Shown here: in pieces, positions 1 through 8,848 of the stretch | How the letters are laid out: each line of letters opens with the position of its first letter | Numbering within the stretch: the first letter of the stretch is position 1 | IMG/VR virus record: IMGVR_UViG_2537561824_000013 | Reading direction: 5' to 3' (one strand) | Source of the DNA: a virus | Taxonomy: Duplodnaviria > Heunggongvirae > Uroviricota > Caudoviricetes | Length of the DNA: 39,229 nucleotides | Made by a program: the position numbers and the translations under genes | Notes under the pieces: generated by a model | The model's database searches: none | Seen by the model: only the letters and a program-made list of their open reading frames with translations | What the model was told of the DNA's origin: nothing

Positions 1-879
1 ATGTTATGTTTTTTGATTTATATCACTCTCCCCTTCATTCAGCTTGTCTATTTCATTTCCTCTGAAAAGAAACTAACTATTCACATTGTGCAGATGTTTC
101 ACTTGTTATCACAGGTATTCTATAATCTCAAAAAGTTTTTAATGATGGATATGCTCGGAGTTGGAGATGCAATTAATATTAATACAAATAAAAATATCCG
201 GCAGGTATGCTAAAAGGATAAATGGCGTTCTCTGTATTTATTCGCAATTATCTGTAGGACAAATATGGAGAGCTTGATGAGTCAGAGCTAAAACAGCAAT
301 TGATAAATAAACATGTTGATTTATTCAAGAAAATGGATGTATTTTAAATATTGATTCTTAATATAACCTAATCAATAGATTATCACGTGAGAGCTGCACA
401 TTATTGGCGGGGCCGGGGGAAACATCATTTTGGGAACAATGAATCAGGTACTCTTACCACTGAAGCAAGATCATCCGGGCACCTGGTGGTGGTGCAGTGC
501 TTTGGAAATGGTCCCCTCGGGGGAATTGTCATTATTTTCTATGCTATTTGCTTATGATATTCATCAGGTGAATTTAATAAATTCCTAATTTGAAATATCC
601 ACTATTAAGCCAGTGTTTAACGACGTTAAGATGGCAATGTGCAGATCATGTTATCAGGGTGGGGCGGTAGCGTATATTCCTTATACAAATCATCATTCAT
701 TTCAATGATTGTTATTGAATTATTTATTGTTGTGAATAAAAAGACATTATGAATATTGGTTTGACTTTGCATATCAGGTTTTTTATTACTCGCTGTAATG
801 TACAGGCAGGGAAAGATCATCAGAAGTTCACTTTTTGTACTAAATAATTCGCATTTTATGTTTAAAAATTGAGATGTTC

Positions 880-2110
880 CTCATTACCTGAAGCTGTTTT
901 TTATTGCTTATACATGATCAAATACTCCTTACATAATTAAGGAGAACAAAATGGAACTTAAAAAATTGATGGAACATATTTCTATTATTCCCGATTACAG
1001 ACAAGCCTGGAAAGTGGAACATAAATTATCGGATATTCTACTGTTGACTATTTGTGCCGTTATTTCTGGTGCAGAAGGTTGGGAAGATATAGAGGATTTT
1101 GGGGAAACACATCTCGATTTTTTGAAGCAATATGGTGATTTTGAAAATGGTATTCCTGTTCACGATACCATTGCCAGAGTTGTATCCTGTATCAGTCCTG
1201 CAAAATTTCACGAGTGCTTTATTAACTGGATGCGTGACTGCCATTCTTCAGATGATAAAGACGTCATTGCAATTGATGGAAAAACGCTCCGGCACTCTTA
1301 TGACAAGAGTCGCCGCAGGGGAGCGATTCATGTCATTAGTGCGTTCTCAACAATGCACAGTCTGGTCATCGGACAGATCAAGACGGATGAGAAATCTAAT
1401 GAGATTACAGCTATCCCAGAACTTCTTAACATGCTGGATATTAAAGGAAAAATCATCACAACTGATGCGATGGGTTGCCAGAAAGATATTGCAGAGAAGA
1501 TACAAAAACAGGGAGGTGATTATTTATTCGCTGTAAAAGGAAACCAGGGGCGGCTAAATAAAGCCTTTGAGGAAAAATTTCCGCTGAAAGAATTAAATAA
1601 TCCAGAGCATGACAGTTACGCAATGAGTGAAAAGAGTCACGGCAGAGAAGAAATCCGTCTTCATATTGTTTGCGATGTCCCTGATGAACTTATTGATTTC
1701 ACGTTTGAATGGAAAGGTCTGAAGAAATTATGCGTGGCAGTCTCCTTTCGGTCCATAATAGCAGAACAAAAGAAAGAGCCCGAAATGACGGTCAGATATT
1801 ATATCAGTTCTGCTGATTTAACCGCAGAAAAGTTCGCCACAGCAATCCGAAACCACTGGCACGTGGAGAATAAGCTGCACTGGCGTCTGGACGTGGTAAT
1901 GAATGAAGACGACTGCAAAATAAGAAGAGGAAACGCCGCAGAATTATTTTCAGGGATACGGCACATCGCTATTAATATTTTGACGAATGATAAGGTATTC
2001 AAGGCAGGGTTAAGACGTAAGATGCGAAAAGCAGCTATGGACAGAAACTATCTGGCGTCAGTCCTTGCGGAGAGCGGGCTTTCGTAGTCTTACCCCGACT
2101 CTCCCCCAGC
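880..2110 (+). mobile_element. ISAs1-family insertion sequence (E. coli H-repeat type); boundaries approximate, terminal inverted repeats not confidently identified
   Basis: Single 378-aa transposase ORF with about 100 bp of flanking sequence each side, as expected for a ~1.3 kb IS; a weak 8-bp match GTGTTTAA at 614-621 vs 2120-2127 would give an element too long to be convincing. Confidence 0.45.
951..2087 (+). CDS. ISAs1-family transposase (H-repeat-associated protein)
   Basis: 378-aa ORF with ATG at 951 preceded by AAGGAGA; product recognisably similar from memory to E. coli H-repeat proteins (YhhI/YdcC-type), e.g. the ...[21 protein letters not shown]... segment. Confidence 0.85.
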   Translation: MELKKLMEHISIIPDYRQAWKVEHKLSDILLLTICAVISGAEGWEDIEDFGETHLDFLKQYGDFENGIPVHDTIARVVSCISPAKFHECFINWMRDCHSSDDKDVIAIDGKTLRHSYDKSRRRGAIHVISAFSTMHSLVIGQIKTDEKSNEITAIPELLNMLDIKGKIITTDAMGCQKDIAEKIQKQGGDYLFAVKGNQGRLNKAFEEKFPLKELNNPEHDSYAMSEKSHGREEIRLHIVCDVPDELIDFTFEWKGLKKLCVAVSFRSIIAEQKKEPEMTVRYYISSADLTAEKFATAIRNHWHVENKLHWRLDVVMNEDDCKIRRGNAAELFSGIRHIAINILTNDKVFKAGLRRKMRKAAMDRNYLASVLAESGLS

Positions 2111-2128
2111 CTTAAACACAACCCCCAC

Positions 2129-2608
2129 TCACCGCAACCTAAACTCATCCGCATCCTGCCATGCCGGAAACTTTTCTCTATATTCCCGCAATGCCATCAT
2201 CGACAGCTCCGCATCAATGCGCGTTGCCTGATGCGCGTCGGCAGTAGCGATAATCTCGCCTTGTGGATTAATCACCCGGCTGTCACCGCGATAATGGCAG
2301 CCGTTGCCATCGCTGCCGACGCGATTGCATCCCGCCACATACGCCTGATTCTCAATCGCGCGGGCCGTCAGCAATGCCTGCCAGTGCAGAGAGCGCGGAG
2401 CAGGCCAGTTGGCGACGTACAGGGCGAGGTCATAATCGTTGAGATTGCGCGACCACACAGGAAAACGTAAGTCGTAGCACACCAGCGGCAAAATACGCCA
2501 GCCGCGCCATTCCACAATCACTCGCGCATTGCCCGCTTTATAATGTAGATGCTCATCTGCCATGCGGAACAGATGACGCTTATCATAAAAATGTACCGTG
2601 CCGCCCGG
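2129..2608 (-). pseudogene. yafV: 5'-truncated carbon-nitrogen hydrolase (nitrilase superfamily) gene, yafV-like; N-terminal part displaced by the prophage insertion
   Basis: Product contains ...GTVHFYDKRHLF... and the catalytic-Cys context LVCYDLRFP typical of CN hydrolases; the first 16 residues of the track ORF (MPFIAQDRVHLSRGAS) read through the prophage terminal sequence, so the host-derived frame starts near 2608. The yafV name is from memory and unverified. Confidence 0.55.
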
Positions 2609-2686
2609 TGATGCGCCGCGCGATAAATGCACTCTATCTTGTGCGATAAATGGCATCCACGCGGCGTTTCATTATTTGAAAAAGAA
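2609..2686. mobile_element. Prophage terminal region (attR-like end) with candidate transposase-binding repeats
   Basis: Sequence starts TGATGCGCCGCGCGATAAATG at 2609; GCGATAAATG occurs directly repeated at 2620-2629 and 2643-2652; 78 bp separate the end from the invertase stop codon. Confidence 0.5.
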
Positions 2687-3259
2687 TTACATTTCAGGTT
2701 GCGTTATGACAGTCCCAACAGGGTGATAGCGGTAGATCGTTGACAGTCCAATATCATAGATAATTGCCAGCCGCTTTCTGTCATACCCTTTCTGGAGCAA
2801 TCTTGCGATCTGCTCATGCTGCTCCTTCGTCAGTTTCGGGCGACGTCCTCCAACTCTTCCTTGTGCTCGCGCAGCAGCCAGTCCAGCCAGCGTGCGCTCA
2901 ACTATCAGTTCACGCTCCATTTCTGCCAGTGCACCCATCATATGAAAAAAGAACCTTCCCATCGGAGTGCTGGTATCGATTGAATCCGTCAGACTGCGAA
3001 AATTGACACCTTTTGCGCGTAGCTCTTCTGTGAGAGCAATGAGGTGTTTCATTCTTCTACCCAACCGATCCAGCTTCCAGACCACCAATGTATCCCCTCT
3101 TTTAAGGCACTTTAAAGCGCGTTTCAGGCCTGGTCGTTCCGACTTGGTTCCGCTCATTTTGTCCTCAAAAATCTGTTCACATCCTGCGCACATTAATGCA
3201 TTGCGTTGCAAATCTGTGTTTTGGTCATTTGTTGACACACGTATGTAGCCAATCAGCAT
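2687..3259 (-). CDS. gin: Site-specific DNA invertase, Gin/Hin/Pin/Cin family serine recombinase
   Basis: ATG at complement of 3257-3259 preceded by AAGGGAG; product starts MLIGYIRVSTNDQNTDLQRNAL with the catalytic Ser context and ends in an HTH (GLSTIYRY); the 233-aa track ORF starting at GTG 3388 is an over-extension. Confidence 0.9.
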   Translation of the reverse strand: MLIGYIRVSTNDQNTDLQRNALMCAGCEQIFEDKMSGTKSERPGLKRALKCLKRGDTLVVWKLDRLGRRMKHLIALTEELRAKGVNFRSLTDSIDTSTPMGRFFFHMMGALAEMERELIVERTLAGLAAARAQGRVGGRRPKLTKEQHEQIARLLQKGYDRKRLAIIYDIGLSTIYRYHPVGTVITQPEM

Positions 3260-3325
3260 TAAAAATACTCCCTTTTGAGTGGTTAAAGTACTGAGATAAT
3301 GTGGGGAGGATTTGAGAGATAAACG

Positions 3326-3545
3326 TTGGTTTGGGGGAAGGCTCGGCGCTGCCCGTTGGTGTACCTGTTCCGTGGCCCACTGCCACACCGCCAGCAGGCT
3401 GGTTAAAGTGCGACGGGCGCGCCTTTACAAAAGAACAATATCCTGTTCTGGCCAGAGTCTACCCGACCCTCCGTCTTCCCGATTTGCGCGGTGAGTTTAT
3501 CCGTGGATGGGACGACGGGCGAAAAGTGGATACAGGGCGCGATCT
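3326..3545. repeat. Recombination repeat A at the 5' border of fiber cassette 1; inverted relative to repeat C
   Basis: About 220 bp nearly identical to 3765-3985 and, as reverse complement, to about 5150-5370; homology starts at TTGGTTTGGGGGAAGG, which resembles a gix/hix half-site (GGTTT...GGAA). Confidence 0.6.
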
Positions 3546-3759
3546 GCTTTCACGGCAGGATGGTACAAGTTTTTCTCATTACGCAGGTAATTTTGACATT
3601 GGGTCTGGTCATTCAATCAATAACTATGACCAAATCCTTGACAACCAACCTGGATTCTCCCGTTTTTCATTTGCAGGTCCTTCGCGAGGCGATGGGGTTA
3701 ATTATGTGACCATTCGTCCCCGTAACATTGCGTTTAATTACATCGTAAGGGCGGCATAG
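3331..3759 (+). CDS. Alternative tail-fiber C-terminal cassette 1 (promoterless and start-less exon, currently unexpressed orientation)
   Basis: Frame opens at TTG with no ATG or RBS; the first ~70 aa (GEGSALPVGVPVPWPTATPPAGWLKCDGRAF...GWDDGRKVDTGR) are identical to the matching segment of the expressed fiber, then diverge; ends in the conserved ...RPRNIAFNYIVRAA. Confidence 0.6.
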   Translation: MGEGSALPVGVPVPWPTATPPAGWLKCDGRAFTKEQYPVLARVYPTLRLPDLRGEFIRGWDDGRKVDTGRDLLSRQDGTSFSHYAGNFDIGSGHSINNYDQILDNQPGFSRFSFAGPSRGDGVNYVTIRPRNIAFNYIVRAA

Positions 3760-3764
3760 AAACG

Positions 3765-3985
3765 TTGGTTTGGGGGAAGGCTCTGCATTGCCTGTTGGTG
3801 TACCGGTTCCATGGCCCACCGCCACACCGCCAGCAGGCTGGTTACAGTGCAACGGAGCTACGTTCACCAAAGAACAATATCCTGTTCTGGCCAGAGTCTA
3901 CCCGACCCTCCGTCTTCCCGATTTGCGCGGTGAGTTTATCCGTGGATGGGACGGTGGTCGCAAGGTTGATACCGGGCGTGCGCTA
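3765..3985. repeat. Recombination repeat B at the 5' border of fiber cassette 2; direct with A, inverted relative to C
   Basis: Same shared sequence as repeat A, starting AACGTTGGTTTGGGGGAAGG. Confidence 0.6.
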
Positions 3986-4231
3986 CTTTCATTTCAGGAA
4001 GGGACTATCGTATCCGGTTTTGATGATAATGATACCGGAGATATCAGTTCGCTCGGCTCTACACAATACGGATTTGGTGACGCTTTAACCTCTAATCAAC
4101 TGGGGGTCTTAAATGGCAAAAAGTGGATATTTGATGCATCCTCTAAAGGTGCACAAAGATATGACTGGTGGGCTTATGTATCAGCTCGCCCCCGCAATAT
4201 CGCATTTAACTATATCGTGAGGGCGGCGTGA
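3770..4231 (+). CDS. Alternative tail-fiber C-terminal cassette 2 (promoterless and start-less exon)
   Basis: Frame opens at TTG; shares the N-terminal ~70 aa with cassette 1 and the fiber, then has a unique distal domain; same C-terminal NYIVRAA. Confidence 0.6.
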   Translation: MGEGSALPVGVPVPWPTATPPAGWLQCNGATFTKEQYPVLARVYPTLRLPDLRGEFIRGWDGGRKVDTGRALLSFQEGTIVSGFDDNDTGDISSLGSTQYGFGDALTSNQLGVLNGKKWIFDASSKGAQRYDWWAYVSARPRNIAFNYIVRAA

Positions 4232-4237
4232 TACCGT

Positions 4238-4852
4238 TCAGCCGGCAAGCGCCAGTGGCGCTTCCGGCCAGCTGATTTCAGGTGCCTTGCTGATATCCAG
4301 TGCGTTCAGCTCGTCGATATAATCCAGCACGGCGTTCAGTTTTGCCGTTTCTTCTGGTTTCAGACTGCGACCAGCACGCAGTTTGAGGTTGATAAGATCG
4401 ACGGACGCCATCGCCTGTTTCACCCGTTGCTGGCGTTGCTGTCTGGCAACCTCCAGTTCTGCGGCTCGCTGCCGTTCAGTATCGGTTACCCACGCCTCAC
4501 CGTTCCAGGTATCCCATGGCGTGGCTGGCTGTTTTGTGGTGGTGTCCGCCGGGTAATCACCCGGTTGGGTAATCAGAACGGGGTTACCGTTCTCCGTGCT
4601 GTATACCGTCTCGCCGCGGTGATCAGGCACATGCTCCCACCCGTTCAGCGTGGCAGTCCGGCAAACCACGTAACCCGAAATTGCTTCCGGCGGTGCATCG
4701 GCGCACGAATGTGCCGGAGTACCCACCCCAAGGGCGAGATACTCCACAGAGGATGAGGTGTATTCCCGGGTTTCCTCGTCATAGTGATATACAGTGATAT
4801 CGCCCGCTACAGTGGCGATACCGTTTTCATCCAGAACTGCAGTGTTACTCAT
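4238..4852 (-). CDS. Tail fiber assembly protein (Mu U / P2 G / Tfa-like chaperone)
   Basis: 204-aa ORF whose ATG overlaps the fiber stop codon; product has the N-terminal conserved region typical of Tfa proteins; its position right after the fiber gene matches Mu S-U. Confidence 0.75.
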   Translation of the reverse strand: MSNTAVLDENGIATVAGDITVYHYDEETREYTSSSVEYLALGVGTPAHSCADAPPEAISGYVVCRTATLNGWEHVPDHRGETVYSTENGNPVLITQPGDYPADTTTKQPATPWDTWNGEAWVTDTERQRAAELEVARQQRQQRVKQAMASVDLINLKLRAGRSLKPEETAKLNAVLDYIDELNALDISKAPEISWPEAPLALAG

Positions 4853-5149
4853 TAAACTGCCCTCACAATGTAATTAAGTGCAATGCTACGGGGTCTGACA
4901 GTGATACCCTTCGCATACCCGCTTCTGATAGAGGTCAGAATAGTAGCCTGCATACCATTGTCTGACATTGCCACGACAGGATCGCTGAATGTTGTCCCGT
5001 CCGGCATTTTAAAGCTGCCCTCACGAAGGTCTGTAATGGAATCTTCATTGTTGAATCCCATGCCGACTATCCCCGAGGTTCCCGTAGTGTCCTGGTTATA
5101 ATAATCCAGCATTGCTGTTCTTAACAGCGTTGCCCCTTGTGCGGACAGC

Positions 5150-5370
5150 AACTTACGTCCTGTATCAACTTTGCGCCCGTCGTCCCATCCACGGATAAAC
5201 TCACCGCGTAAATCGGGAAGACGGAGGGTCGGGTAGACTCTGGCCAGAACAGGATATTGTTCTTTTGTAAAGGCGCGCCCGTCGCACTTTAACCAGCCTG
5301 CTGGCGGTGTGGCGGTGGGCCACGGAACAGGCACACCAACGGGTAGCGCCGAGCCTTCTCCTAAACCAAG
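5150..5370. repeat. Recombination repeat C inside the expressed fiber gene; inverted relative to A and B
   Basis: Reverse complement reads CTTGGTTTAGGAGAAGGCTCGGCGCT... and is nearly identical to repeats A and B over about 220 bp. Confidence 0.6.
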
Positions 5371-5499
5371 GTAATTGAGGACATCTTTTATACTGCCCTT
5401 AGCGATAATAGCGCGACCAATAGCTGTAAGGGTTGCCAGCTCTGCGCGGTCTGCTCCGGTAAAATAAGGCAACCGATCTGCTGCAGTGGCAAGTCCTGC

Positions 5500-6000
5500 C
5501 AGAGCAGTGAGCGTGGCATCTGCCGGTTGTTTTCCGTTTGCCAGATCGTATGCAGCCTTGACCGCTTTCGGTGTGGCGGCCAGTATTTCAGACGTGCTGT
5601 TGATGGCACTGCTCAATTGTACGGTGCCTTTTGCCGTCAGCGAGGCAGCAGGCACTCCCGTTATCTGACTCCACGGGTGAGTGTGGCTGACGGGCGCCTT
5701 GCCGGCTGCAAGGTCGTATGCAGCCTTGACCGCCTTCGGCGTGGCAGCCTCAGTTTCTGATTGACTGTCCGTGGCGCTGCTCAGTTGTACGGTGCCTTTT
5801 GCCGTCAGCGAGGCAGCAGGCACTCCCGTTATCTGACTCCACGGGTGAGTTGGCTGACGGGGGCCTTGCCGGCAGCCAGGTCATATGCAGCCTTGACGGC
5901 CTTTGGTGTGGCGGCCAGCGTTTCAGAGGTGCTGTTGGTGGCACTGCTCAGTTGGGTGAACCCCTTAGCTGTCAGTGTCGCGTCCGGGTGGTTACGGGAA
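5500..6000. repeat. 168-bp tandem coding repeats (about three copies) in the tail fiber gene
   Basis: Each copy encodes ...SLTAKGTVQLSSATDSxSEtxAATPKAVKAAYDLAAGKAPVSHTHPWSQITGVPA...; the nucleotide copies are nearly identical. Confidence 0.8.
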
Positions 6001-6184
6001 CGTACGTGTTCAGCCAGTGACTGTGCGGCTTCCTCCGTTTTTTTCTTCAGCCATTTCGTCCTGTTTGCCAGTTGCCGGGGGGCTCGATTTGATATCCCGT
6101 CTGCACCACCCAGAACCGGATCTGATGTCTCCAGTTGATAGATATTTTCTTCCCACTTTTCTGTTTCATTCAGGTTTCCCATAA

Positions 6185-6763
6185 TCAACTGCTCCCGTGG
6201 TTATAACTGCCATCATGGATGGCGGTATTGTTATAGCGAATGGCCACAGACTGATACTCCAGGCTGGCCAGATGGCAGCGGGCCGGTGCAAATGCAGCGA
6301 GCGTCTGACGCAGCATCGCGGCCTGATCGTTAGTAATGGGCTGTTTCAGAATAACGCGATAAACTGCCCAGGCGGCTGCATCTCCATGAACAAACAGTCC
6401 GTTATAGCTGCGATTGCCGTCGTAACTGAGACGACCTGTGCCTTCAATCAGATCCACTTCACCAAAGCCAAAACGGCGGATAACTTCCCGGATTGACCAC
6501 GGCGTCCCTTTATACCGGTGCAGTTCGATGGCTGCTTTTATAAGCATGCGGCGAACATCGTCCGATTCCGCCAGCTCCCAGCCATCGCCAGACAGTGAGA
6601 ACTGCTCGCCCAGCCATGGCAGCGCGGAACTGTCGACGATATCGACGAGAAAGACCATCAGTACGCTCAGGTCGATGTTATCCAGCCGTCCTGCCAGTCT
6701 TCCCAGCGTCCTGAGACTGATATCACCCTCAAGCGGTGGCGGGAGTTGTAATGGCTCAGTCAT
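6185..6763 (-). CDS. Baseplate/tail protein (P2 gpI-like, Mu gp48-like)
   Basis: 192-aa ORF, ATG at 6763 overlapping the upstream stop; sits between the baseplate J-like gene and the fiber as in P2 and Mu. Confidence 0.65.
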   Translation of the reverse strand: MTEPLQLPPPLEGDISLRTLGRLAGRLDNIDLSVLMVFLVDIVDSSALPWLGEQFSLSGDGWELAESDDVRRMLIKAAIELHRYKGTPWSIREVIRRFGFGEVDLIEGTGRLSYDGNRSYNGLFVHGDAAAWAVYRVILKQPITNDQAAMLRQTLAAFAPARCHLASLEYQSVAIRYNNTAIHDGSYNHGSS

Positions 6764-7859
6764 CAGACACTCCAGTCATGTTAAGAGTGATTGCCGTACA
6801 GTTTGCCCATTCGTTTTCTGCCACCACCCGCAGTGCCGGTGTCACCAGTTCAACCTGGTACACCCCGGAAACGGACAATGCACTGATAATCTGGCTGGGG
6901 ACAATATCGCGCCCCAGCGTGGCGGCACGTGATGCCACCCAGTTCTGTATGGCGCTGTTAGCGGCATCTTTTACAGACCTGGCATCCTGATCACGATAGA
7001 TCGTAATCTTGGCTTCAATGGTGTAATCCACCTTCACTGGTGTTTTAGCCCGCACTGTATCAGTGAGTGGCCTGACTTTCTCATCAGAGCAGAAACTCTC
7101 TACCAGCGTGAGAACACCGCCGTCCGGCAGACCGGTACTGAGCAGCGGATACAGATCTACGGTCCCGGGAACCGGGGAAAGCACAGCAACATCGACAATG
7201 TTGGGATGGGCCTGCATGGCATGAAAGCGGTATGCGCCACGGCTTCCGGCATTGGTGAATGACTCCGGGGCCAGCCTGATACGCTCCCGGAGCCTGTCAT
7301 CGTCTTCCTGTTCTGAACCGCCGGAACTGGCCGTCAGATTGCTCACCAGCAGGTCGACGTTATCAATCTCATCGAGTAACTGACTGACCTGCGCAGGTTG
7401 CCAGCCGTTACCAGCGGTACCGGGTTCGGTACAGGTGGACGTGACATTGACCAGCAGCAATCCGGCCTTCAGTACCACATCTGTATCGGTGGCAAAAATA
7501 ACGCTGTCGGAAGCGCTGACGCGGGTGCCTGCCGGGATCAGCACATCAATGGCCAGTGCCTCATCTACGGAGAACTGGAGCGTGGTAGTGGCAGGCTGCG
7601 CGGCAAGACGGTATACACCGACCAGTTCACCGAGGTAATCAATCATCGGCTCACGGGCAAAGGCGACCAGATTCTGCTTTGCTGCCTCCTGTACCGCAAC
7701 CCTGACCAGCATTTCGCGATAGGCCCACAGATCAATCAGCAGACGTTCTGCCTGTGCCGGGTACAGCGTTTTGCCGGTATCCGCTTCATACTTCGCAATC
7801 ATTTCTGCCGTGATTTTGTCGGCATCGCGTTCAATAAAATCGGGTTCTGTCAGCGCCAT
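6756..7859 (-). CDS. Baseplate J-like protein (P2 gpJ / Mu gp47 family)
   Basis: 367-aa ORF in conserved synteny; size and position typical. Confidence 0.75.
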   Translation of the reverse strand: MALTEPDFIERDADKITAEMIAKYEADTGKTLYPAQAERLLIDLWAYREMLVRVAVQEAAKQNLVAFAREPMIDYLGELVGVYRLAAQPATTTLQFSVDEALAIDVLIPAGTRVSASDSVIFATDTDVVLKAGLLLVNVTSTCTEPGTAGNGWQPAQVSQLLDEIDNVDLLVSNLTASSGGSEQEDDDRLRERIRLAPESFTNAGSRGAYRFHAMQAHPNIVDVAVLSPVPGTVDLYPLLSTGLPDGGVLTLVESFCSDEKVRPLTDTVRAKTPVKVDYTIEAKITIYRDQDARSVKDAANSAIQNWVASRAATLGRDIVPSQIISALSVSGVYQVELVTPALRVVAENEWANCTAITLNMTGVSDD

Positions 7860-8197
7860 AGCAGCTCCTGAGTCCGGGTCTGTCCGTCTGAGCCTTTCCA
7901 GCTCACCCGGAGCGTAAGATGTTCGCCGTCGACGGCGGGTTTAACTGACATAAGCTGGCAGCGGGGCTCCCAGCGCCGGATGGCATCGACGGATTCGCGC
8001 ACCACATGCGGAATGGCCCGGTCTACAGGCCAGTCGATATAAAGATGCAGATTGCTGCCGAACTCCGGGCGATGCGGGTCGCTGCCGCGGGGAGTCCGCA
8101 GGATAATTTGAATCGCCTGCCGGATATCATCCAGCCCCCGGACAATTTCGCCGGGAGCCTGCAGGGTCGGTTGCCAGAATACTGAGGTTGTTTTCAT
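7850..8197 (-). CDS. Baseplate wedge protein, GPW/gp25 family (Mu gp46-like)
   Basis: 115-aa ORF with ATG at 8197; size and synteny between spike and J-like genes. Confidence 0.7.
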   Translation of the reverse strand: MKTTSVFWQPTLQAPGEIVRGLDDIRQAIQIILRTPRGSDPHRPEFGSNLHLYIDWPVDRAIPHVVRESVDAIRRWEPRCQLMSVKPAVDGEHLTLRVSWKGSDGQTRTQELLWR

Positions 8198-8251
8198 GGG
8201 GGCAGTATTGCCCCCGTGCGGGAACGCTGATATTAAAGGCGTTTAAAAAGC

Positions 8252-8848
8252 TCAGTGGGAGTGGTGGCTGGAGTTTTCGCCATCAGACAACATACTGCCC
8301 GTGGCATGGGCATTCCCTTTAATCTCGATATTGCCATGGATGGTCGCGGTAACACCTTCACCACCAGAACCCGCCATGCCTCCTTCGTAAATCAGCTTAC
8401 CCCTGACACGCAGATCTCCGGTAAGTTCGGTTTCCGGTGCGTCAATCGTGGCTTTCTGTGTTTTCAATACCACATCAGCACCACACTCAATGACAATATG
8501 CTCAATGCCGCCCCGGATGGTCAGAGTGTGCGTCTTCCGGTTGTAGCTGTACTCTGCACCATCAGCAAACCGGGTTCCCCGGATATTTTTGTCACTGAAC
8601 GGTGGTTTATCGACGTCTGAATACACCGCGCCCAGAATAACACCATCCTCGCCGTTGGCATCGAGCAGCACCTCAACCTGCTCCCCCACGTCAGGGAGCC
8701 AGTAATCTTTGTTATCCTGGGTATTGCGCTGCAGCACGTTAAGCCAGTTTGTGCGCAGGTTATCGCATTCAGGCAGACGAACGCGGGCCTGAACCCTGTC
8801 GGCATCAACGGCACTGACCGTACCGACCTGACGAGTGACACCAGTCAT
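8252..8848 (-). CDS. Baseplate spike / assembly protein V (Mu gp45-like)
   Basis: 198-aa ORF with ATG at 8848 overlapping the upstream stop; conserved position; His-rich C-terminal tip (SSHHSH). Confidence 0.75.
   Translation of the reverse strand: MTGVTRQVGTVSAVDADRVQARVRLPECDNLRTNWLNVLQRNTQDNKDYWLPDVGEQVEVLLDANGEDGVILGAVYSDVDKPPFSDKNIRGTRFADGAEYSYNRKTHTLTIRGGIEHIVIECGADVVLKTQKATIDAPETELTGDLRVRGKLIYEGGMAGSGGEGVTATIHGNIEIKGNAHATGSMLSDGENSSHHSH

Larger units (their letters stand above)
4852..6182 (-). pseudogene. Tail fiber protein (Mu S-like), interrupted by a 1-bp deletion at about 5850 inside a tandem coding repeat; currently fused to C-terminal variant 3
   Basis: ATG at complement of 6180-6182, two nt after the upstream stop; N-terminal 119-aa frame stops at 5829 and the 323-aa continuation is in another frame; repeat copy at 5841-5851 reads GTGAGT-TGGCTG against GTGAGTGTGGCTG in the copy at 5671-5690. 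Confidence 0.7.

Noticed and set aside
1038-2002. Antisense and alternative-frame ORFs inside the IS transposase gene (1038-1244, 1132-1536, 1799-2002)
   Set aside because: They are fully nested in a well-supported transposase CDS with no independent start signals; treated as frame noise
614-2127. Possible terminal inverted repeats for the IS (GTGTTTAA at 614-621 vs 2120-2127)
   Set aside because: Only 8 bp match and the implied element (about 1.5 kb) is longer than expected for this family; the IS ends are left unassigned
2609-2686. A mom/com-like modification module beyond the invertase, as in Mu
   Set aside because: Only 78 bp separate the invertase stop from the host junction, so there is no room; the methyltransferase present is a Dam-class enzyme in the central island instead
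2687-3388. 233-aa version of the invertase ORF starting at GTG 3388
   Set aside because: The extension overlaps the cassette 1 repeat; a canonical ATG with AAGGGAG lies at 3259 and gives the expected MLIGYIRVSTNDQ N-terminus
3312-4088. Extra overlapping frames in the fiber cassette region (3312-3494, 3491-3709, 3667-3870, 3765-4088)
   Set aside because: They are out-of-frame with respect to the conserved shared fiber sequence and have no start signals
5500-6000. Possible CRISPR array suggested by near-identical tandem repeats
   Set aside because: The repeats are 168 bp, contiguous without spacers, in frame, and encode a repeated fiber shaft motif; there are no cas genes
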